DNA of 23,494 nucleotides from Prasinococcaceae sp. CCMP 1430 (Eukaryota; Plantae; Prasinodermophyta): NCBI GenBank assembly GCA_013416795.1, contig RQSC01000189.1, positions 1 to 23,494 of the forward strand, read 5' to 3'. Shown piece by piece: positions 18,016 to 23,494 of this stretch (position 1 is its first letter; each line of letters starts with the position of its first letter). The notes under the pieces were generated by a model. It saw only the letters and a program-made list of their open reading frames with translations, ran no database searches and was not told where the DNA came from. The position numbers and the translations under genes were made by a program.

Positions 18016-20052
18016 ATGGCGGGCGTCCAGGCGGCGGCCGCACGGGGCGGAGGGCGCGGGCGCGGGCGCGGGCGCGAGGGTCGGCCGCCACCCATGAAAC
18101 GCTTCACAGCGAGCGCGGAAGAGCAGCTCAAGGCGCAGCGCGCGCGCGCGGCGGAGAGGCGCGCAGCCAAGGCGGCCGCGGCGGGCGTCAAGGCCGAGAT
18201 TCTCGAGATTCCCGCCGAGGGCATGTCGCCCGCCGCCCTCGCGTCAGAGCTCGCGCTGAGCGACGCGGAGGTGGTCAAAACGCTCTTCATGAAGGGCATC
18301 ATGTGCACGGTGAACCAGGTGCTGGACGCCGACACCATCAAGATGGTGTGTGACGAGTTCGAGGTGGAGTATGTCGACGAGGACGCCGTGAGCGTGTCGG
18401 ACGGTGCCAAGAAAACCTCCGAATTCCTCGACGAGGCCGACATGGACAACCTCGCGCCGCGCCCGCCCATCGTGACCATCATGGGCCACGTCGACCACGG
18501 CAAGACCAGCCTGCTCGACTACATCCGCAAGGAGGCGGTCGCCGAGGGCGAGGCCGGTGGTATCACGCAGGGCATCGGAGCGTACCGCGCGGAGGTGCCC
18601 ATGGGTGAGGACGGCGAGGATTCGCCGGTCGTGTTCCTCGACACGCCCGGACACGAGGCCTTCAGCGCCATGCGTGCGCGCGGCGCGCGCCTCACCGACA
18701 TTGCGGTGATCGTGTGCGCGGCCGACGACGGCGCGCAGCCGCAGACCGCCGAGGCCGTCGCGCACGCGCAGGCGGCGGGCGTGCCCATCGTGGTGGCCAT
18801 CACCAAGATCGACAAGGAGGGCTCCGACATCGAGGCGGCCAAGAACTCGATCGCGGCACTGGGGCTTGCGCCCGAGGAGTGGGGCGGTGAGGTGCCGTTC
18901 ATCTGTCTGAGCTCCAAGACTGGCGACGGCGTGGACGACCTCCTGGAGACGCTTGCGCTCACCGCCGAGGTCGCCGAGCTGCGCGCCAACCCGGACGCGC
19001 TCGCCAAGGGCACCGTGGTGGAGGCATCCCTCGATCGCCAGGCGGGCGCCACGGCCACGGTCGTGGTGCAGAACGGCACGCTGCGCGTGGGCGACAGCGT
19101 GAGCGTCGGCGCGGTGAGCGGGCGCGTGCGCTCGCTCACCGACTGCTACGGCGAACGCATGGACGCGGTGGGCCCCTCGGAGTCGGCCCTCGTGGCGGGG
19201 CTCGGTGGCGTCCCCGAGGCGGGCGACGTGTTCACCGTGCACGCCAGCGAGAAGGAGGCGCGCGCGGCGGCCAAGGCCAAGGAGACGGAGGCGCGCGAGA
19301 AGCGCCTCGCAGCGCAGGCAGGGCAGGACATGGTCACCATCTCGCGATCGGTGGTCAAGACCGAGGAGGGCGACCAGGAGCTGCAGCGCGTCAACGTGAT
19401 CCTCAAGGTCGACAGCGCGGGCGTGGTGGAGGCCATCAAGGCGGCGCTCAACGAGCTCCCGCAGGACCGCGTGTCGCTGCGCTTCCTGCTGGCAGCGCCC
19501 GGCGAGGTGTCGCGCTCGGACGTCGACCTCGCGGCCGCGTCGGAGGGCATGATCCTGACCTTCAGCGCGGGCGTGCCGGCGGCCGTCGAGAAGGCGTGCC
19601 AAGAGCAAGGGGTGGAGCTCCGCCAGTACAAGGTCATTTACGACATGGTCGACGACATGCGCGACATGATGGAAGGCAAGATGGGCACCGTCAAGGAGGA
19701 GGAGCCCATTGGCAGCTTTGTGGTGAAGGCGGTGTTCGGCGGACGCGACGGCAAGGTGGCAGGCGGGCTGGTCGAGGAGGGCAGGGTCGAGGTCGGGTGC
19801 TTCTTGCGCGGAAAGCGCGGCAAGAAGACGCTGGTGGAAGCCGGCGAGCTCACGCAGCTGCGCCGGTTCCAGGACAACGTCACGGTCGTCGAGGAGGGCA
19901 CGGAGTGCGGCCTGTTCACGCCCGCCTTCGACGCGTGGGAGGAGGGCGACGAGATTGAGGCGTTCGTCTACGTGCGCAAGAAGAACACGCTCGAGGAGGC
20001 CTCCAAGTCGTTCACCGACGCGCTCAAGGAGAAGAAACTCGTCGCCTCGTAA
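18016..20052 (+). CDS. infB: Translation initiation factor IF-2, chloroplastic (N-terminus/transit peptide may lie in an upstream exon)
   Basis: IF2_N-like [16 protein letters not shown]..; G motifs [53 protein letters not shown]; C-terminal [18 protein letters not shown]. The pre-G-domain segment resembles plant cpIF2. Confidence 0.95.
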   Translation: MAGVQAAAARGGGRGRGRGREGRPPPMKRFTASAEEQLKAQRARAAERRAAKAAAAGVKAEILEIPAEGMSPAALASELALSDAEVVKTLFMKGIMCTVNQVLDADTIKMVCDEFEVEYVDEDAVSVSDGAKKTSEFLDEADMDNLAPRPPIVTIMGHVDHGKTSLLDYIRKEAVAEGEAGGITQGIGAYRAEVPMGEDGEDSPVVFLDTPGHEAFSAMRARGARLTDIAVIVCAADDGAQPQTAEAVAHAQAAGVPIVVAITKIDKEGSDIEAAKNSIAALGLAPEEWGGEVPFICLSSKTGDGVDDLLETLALTAEVAELRANPDALAKGTVVEASLDRQAGATATVVVQNGTLRVGDSVSVGAVSGRVRSLTDCYGERMDAVGPSESALVAGLGGVPEAGDVFTVHASEKEARAAAKAKETEAREKRLAAQAGQDMVTISRSVVKTEEGDQELQRVNVILKVDSAGVVEAIKAALNELPQDRVSLRFLLAAPGEVSRSDVDLAAASEGMILTFSAGVPAAVEKACQEQGVELRQYKVIYDMVDDMRDMMEGKMGTVKEEEPIGSFVVKAVFGGRDGKVAGGLVEEGRVEVGCFLRGKRGKKTLVEAGELTQLRRFQDNVTVVEEGTECGLFTPAFDAWEEGDEIEAFVYVRKKNTLEEASKSFTDALKEKKLVAS

Positions 20053-20137
20053 ACGCGAGTTCGCGCTCTCTCGCTCACGGCACGTCGAGGTAGGCCCACG
20101 AGACTTTTGATTAAAAGCCCCATTTTCTCCTGTGGTC

Positions 20138-20836
20138 ATGTGCGCGCCGCGTGAGAGCATACGCCGATTCCCCCGGCGCACATTCGGAGAGGACTCCGCG
20201 CTCACGTTAGCACTCAGGCACGGCGGTAGCGCTGCCTGCGTGCCACAGCGCGCGCTACCGCAAGGCGGCGTGCGCTGGCGCTGGCGCGCCGCCGCCGCGG
20301 TGCGCGGGAGGGCGCGCCGCCGCCGCGCAACCCGAACTGCAACAAGGACACGCAGCGGCCGGTGGCGCTCGGAACGGGCCTGCCGCCCGAGACAGAGCAG
20401 CGCTGCCTCGAGCTGACCGAGATGGCGCCCGTGGTGCTCTTCATGAAGGTGCGCGACGCGGCGGCGGGCGCCGCCAGCGCCGCTGCCCCCCGCGGCCGCT
20501 CCGGGGCGGCAGGCGGGGCCAGGCGACGTGGCTCGAGACTGACCGCTGCGCATCTGCATCCCCGGCCTGCGCGCATCCCAGGGCAACCGCGAGCAGCCGC
20601 GCTGCGGCTTCTCGGCGACGTCGGTGCAGGTGCTCAACGCCTGCCGCGCGAACTTCGAGACGGTGGACGTGCTCGACGACCCGAGCATGCGCGACGCCAT
20701 GAAGATCTTTAGCTCGTGGCCCACGTTCCCTCAGCTCTACGTCGAGGGTGAGTTCTACGGCGGGTGCGACATCCTCATGGAAATGTACCAGGACGGCGAG
20801 TTGCAGGAGCTAATCGAAAGGGTCAACATGTCGTGA
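20138..20836 (+). CDS. Monothiol (CGFS) glutaredoxin, probably plastid GrxS14-like
   Basis: VVLFMK|GNREQPRCGFS..SSWPTFPQLYVEGEFYGGCDI..GELQ after removal of intron 20449-20581 (GTGCGC..CCCAG). The 5' part needs either a second intron (20151-20248) or a frameshift. Confidence 0.9.
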
Positions 20837-20974
20837 TGCGCGCGCCAGCTGGCGCGGGGCTCGGTGCGCTCAAGGCCGTTCCCGGCACCGCGCGAGCGCA
20901 GCATCAATAATTACAGTCGCGAGCGTTTGTACACTGCTGGCCTTGCTCTAGCTAGACTGAGCTCTCTACGACAG

Positions 20975-22692
20975 TTATAAGACGTGGACGCGCTCCTTGT
21001 CTACGATGGTCTCGCGGCACATCGGACAGCGCGTCATGCGCGGGTCGCCGGCGCATTCCTGGCACAGGACCACGTGCTTGCAGGGCCGTAGCAGCACCTC
21101 CAGCGGCGCCGCCATGCACACCTTGCACTTGCTGGCGAGTTCGTCGTCCGCTGTGGCTGCGACGGGTGTTCGCACGGGCGTGGGCTGCTGCGCCTGCGCA
21201 GCGGCGAATCTCGCAGCAGCCGCCGCTCCGGCAGCCGCGGCCGCGGACTGGGAAGTCCTCGGTGCAGTCCTCTCTGCGGACGCTGCACTGGCCGGCGGGT
21301 AGACCTCGTCGAGGCGGAACACAGGCGCCGCTGCTCGCCATATGCGCACCCACTCTTGCTGCAGGTCCCGCACCGCCAGCGAGAGCTCTCGCTCAGAGCG
21401 GGCATACGCCTCCTTCATCAGCTGCTTGCGCTCCTCGTCTTCGACGTCCCTTTGCGCAGAGGAGGGCGCCCGCGCCGACCTCTCGGCCTCCCGCTCCTGC
21501 CGACGACTCGCAGTGCGATCAGCCCCATCGCCGAGCGCCTCTCTGGCCCTGCGATCGCTTTCCCTGCGTGTTTTGCGCGCCTGCCTCCATCGGCGCTGGT
21601 GCTCCACGAGCGCGGCCACGAGCGCAGGCTCGCTAAAGCCGCCATTGGCATCGGCAAAATCCAGCGCGTCCGAACGCAGCAGCTCCTCGTAGGCGTCAGT
21701 GCCGCGCGCTGCACGCCGCATGTCGATGAGTAAAAGCGCACGCAGCGCTTCGCGGCCACCTGCCGCAGCTGCCTGCGTCAGTAGGCCGGCACCTACGGCC
21801 TCATGGACGGCCACAAGGCCGCGGCCGCGATCGCCGCTGCTCCTGGCGTCGACGCACAGCGCGGCCACCACGTCACCGGCGTCAACGAGCCGCGCTCGCA
21901 CGAGGCGCGTCGTTGGGCCCGGGCCGCCCGCGGCAGAGGTGCATGCGACGAGACCGCTCCCTGCTGTGAACAGGGCACGCGCGGCGTCGCGTGCGGCGGC
22001 GTACGGATTGCCACGGTCGACGGGCGCCGACCCCGCGGCCGCTGCCAGCTCCTTCAGCGTTGCGCGCCTCGCAGCCTCGACGGCCGCGTCCTCCAGCAGG
22101 GCGCACAAAGGCTCCCCGCCCGCCTCCTCCACGGCACGCCAGCCGTCACAGCGAGGCGAAGCAGCAGCGACGATCGCGGGGAGCGACGCGCGGTGCTCTG
22201 CGCCCCGCGCGAGTGCGGCAGCCGCCGCGTCCGCTAGAGCCGACGCCACCTCTGGTGACTGCACTTGCACCACGGCGAACAGGCCGCCACCGCGTGCGCG
22301 TCGGCACGCCGCCAGCAGCGCGAGCCCTCCAACTCCGTCGGCGGCGAGGCGCAGCTCTGCCGCAGCAGCGCCTGGGTCGCGCCGATACAGGTCGCGCGGG
22401 CGATGCTTGGGCAGCACAGCAGCCGGGCTGCGCACCAGCCTCTGCCGGAGCGCCGCCACCTCGCTGGGCGAGTCGTAGTCGGTCGAGGCCAGCTGCGAGC
22501 CCGCATAGCCCAGCAGGGCGACCGCAGGGACCCCCACCGCGGCCGCGGGCGCCAGTGCGACGGCTCCGATAGCGGCCGCCGAGCCCGCGAGCGCGGCGAC
22601 GACGGCGCCGGCCGACGCCGACGCCAATTGGTACCACCGCCGCCTGCGCGCCGCCGCCTCGAGCTCGCCGTCGCTCACCCACTGCCGCGCAT
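20975..22692 (-). CDS. RING-finger (C3HC4, IAP/MUL1-type) E3 ligase with N-terminal hydrophobic segment and coiled coil
   Basis: C-terminal CKVC..LLRPCKHVVLCQEC..CPMC; N-terminal hydrophobic stretch AGAVVAALAGSAAAIGAVALAPAAAVGVPAVALLGYAG. The ATG at 22692 is out of frame unless a 35-nt intron (22678-22644) is removed or one base is missing. TGTAA at 20915-20911. Confidence 0.82.
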
Positions 22693-22816
22693 GGTCCCCG
22701 CTCCGAATCGGTGTGCCTCCCGGCCGGACACTCGCGGCGCCCGCACACCGGCCCGCGCGCGCGCTTCGGTAACCGCTCGGCAGCTTCCCGGGAATGACGC
22801 GGTCACTCGATAATCG

Positions 22817-22825
22817 AACCCTAAA
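22817..22825 (+). promoter_or_regulatory. Telo-box-like AACCCTAAA in an AT-rich patch upstream of the RING gene
   Basis: Single motif; related AACCCT copies at ~22925 and 23387-23404. Confidence 0.4.
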
Positions 22826-22969
22826 CAATTTTGTGACCTTAATACAAGATACCGGGGCGCCCGGCTGCGGCCGGGCGGGTGGAGCCCGGAGGTGTGTGCC
22901 GGGTGGCCGGGCCGAGCGCGCGGCAACCCTAGCTCGCTCGCTCGCGAGAGCGCGACTGAACCCGCTGCC

Positions 22970-23328
22970 TCAGCGAACGGCAGCTGCTCCATCATGGCGC
23001 GCGCTCGGCGGGCCACCAGCGACTTGGTCGCGTGGTTGGCCTGAGGGCCGACGAGGGCGCGGCTCAAGCACGTGCGGAGGAGGTAGGGGGGAATCTCCTG
23101 CAGCTGCTTGACGGTCGGCTTCTTCGGGTCGATGCGAATGCTCGAGCCCTCGAACGGGAGGAAGACGTAGAACAGCACGATATCGCGCACCTCCATGTTG
23201 ACTCGCACAGCCTTCCGGCAGTTGTTCGTGCGCGTATGATAGTTCTGCGCCCACAGCAGAAACCTGTAGTCGGCCTGGTAGATGCCCGACACGTGTAGAA
23301 GCAGGTGCCTGACCCACTCGCCCCCCAT
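22970..23328 (-). CDS. Small hypothetical protein (~119 aa) or terminal exon of a gene starting further right
   Basis: High-GC3, compositionally complex frame MGGEWVRHLLLHVSGIYQADYRFLLWAQNY..MMEQLPF; coding character fades after 22975 although the frame stays open to 22675. Confidence 0.6.
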
Positions 23329-23494
23329 CCGTCCCGGGGTCACCACGGGCGAGTCAGCACCGGGCCGAGACGGCGAGCCGAGTACAAACCCTCTCGATAA
23401 CCCTGTTAGGCCGCGCGGCGCGTTCGGGTTGGGACGGCCCGCCCCAGCCGCCGGCCCGCGGCCGCCCCGGGCCGGCGGTTTGGGGCGGAGGGGG

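Noticed and set aside
15518-20052. Bacterial contamination or HGT suggested by peptidoglycan-binding domains and IF2
   Set aside because: Both match plant plastid-targeted families (pTAC5, cpIF2) and sit among intron-containing genes with algal poly(A) signals.
4949-20581. Introner-like repeated introns
   Set aside because: The introns I could delimit share only splice and branch consensus; no common internal sequence or terminal repeats seen by eye.
3229-20724. Large antisense or alternative-frame ORFs (3229-4929, 10068-11324, 13926-15308, 18244-20724, etc.)
   Set aside because: Shadow ORFs opposite high-GC3 genes; R/A/G/P-rich with no motifs.
1-23494. CRISPR array, tRNA/rRNA genes, transposase or RT ORFs
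   Set aside because: No repeat-spacer periodicity (the 126-bp periodicity at ~3000-3520 is TPR coding), and no recognisable RNA gene or transposase/RT motifs.

Overview
GC-rich eukaryotic nuclear DNA, most likely a prasinophyte-grade green alga. This is an inference from GT(GCG/GAG)..CAG introns with CTGAC branch points, TGTAA poly(A)-type signals downstream of several genes, telo-boxes, and plant-type plastid genes. Most long ORFs in the six-frame track are GC or microsatellite shadow ORFs. About 12 real genes can be supported: a gap-truncated MAP3K; an MLKL-like-4HB/TPR protein; a 3-exon secreted Cys-rich protein; an intronless secreted LRR protein bracketed by ~250-bp near-identical direct repeats; a small putative plastid membrane protein; a disordered coiled-coil protein; an Ala-rich repeat protein; a pTAC5-like protein with two peptidoglycan-binding domains; plastid IF2; a CGFS glutaredoxin; a membrane-anchored RING E3; and a small unknown protein. 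The best candidate for something new is the 2.9-8.1 kb block, a possible recognition/defence island (candidate cell-death 4HB-TPR, secreted Cys-rich protein, repeat-flanked secreted LRR). All family assignments are by-eye motif recognition; no searches were run.
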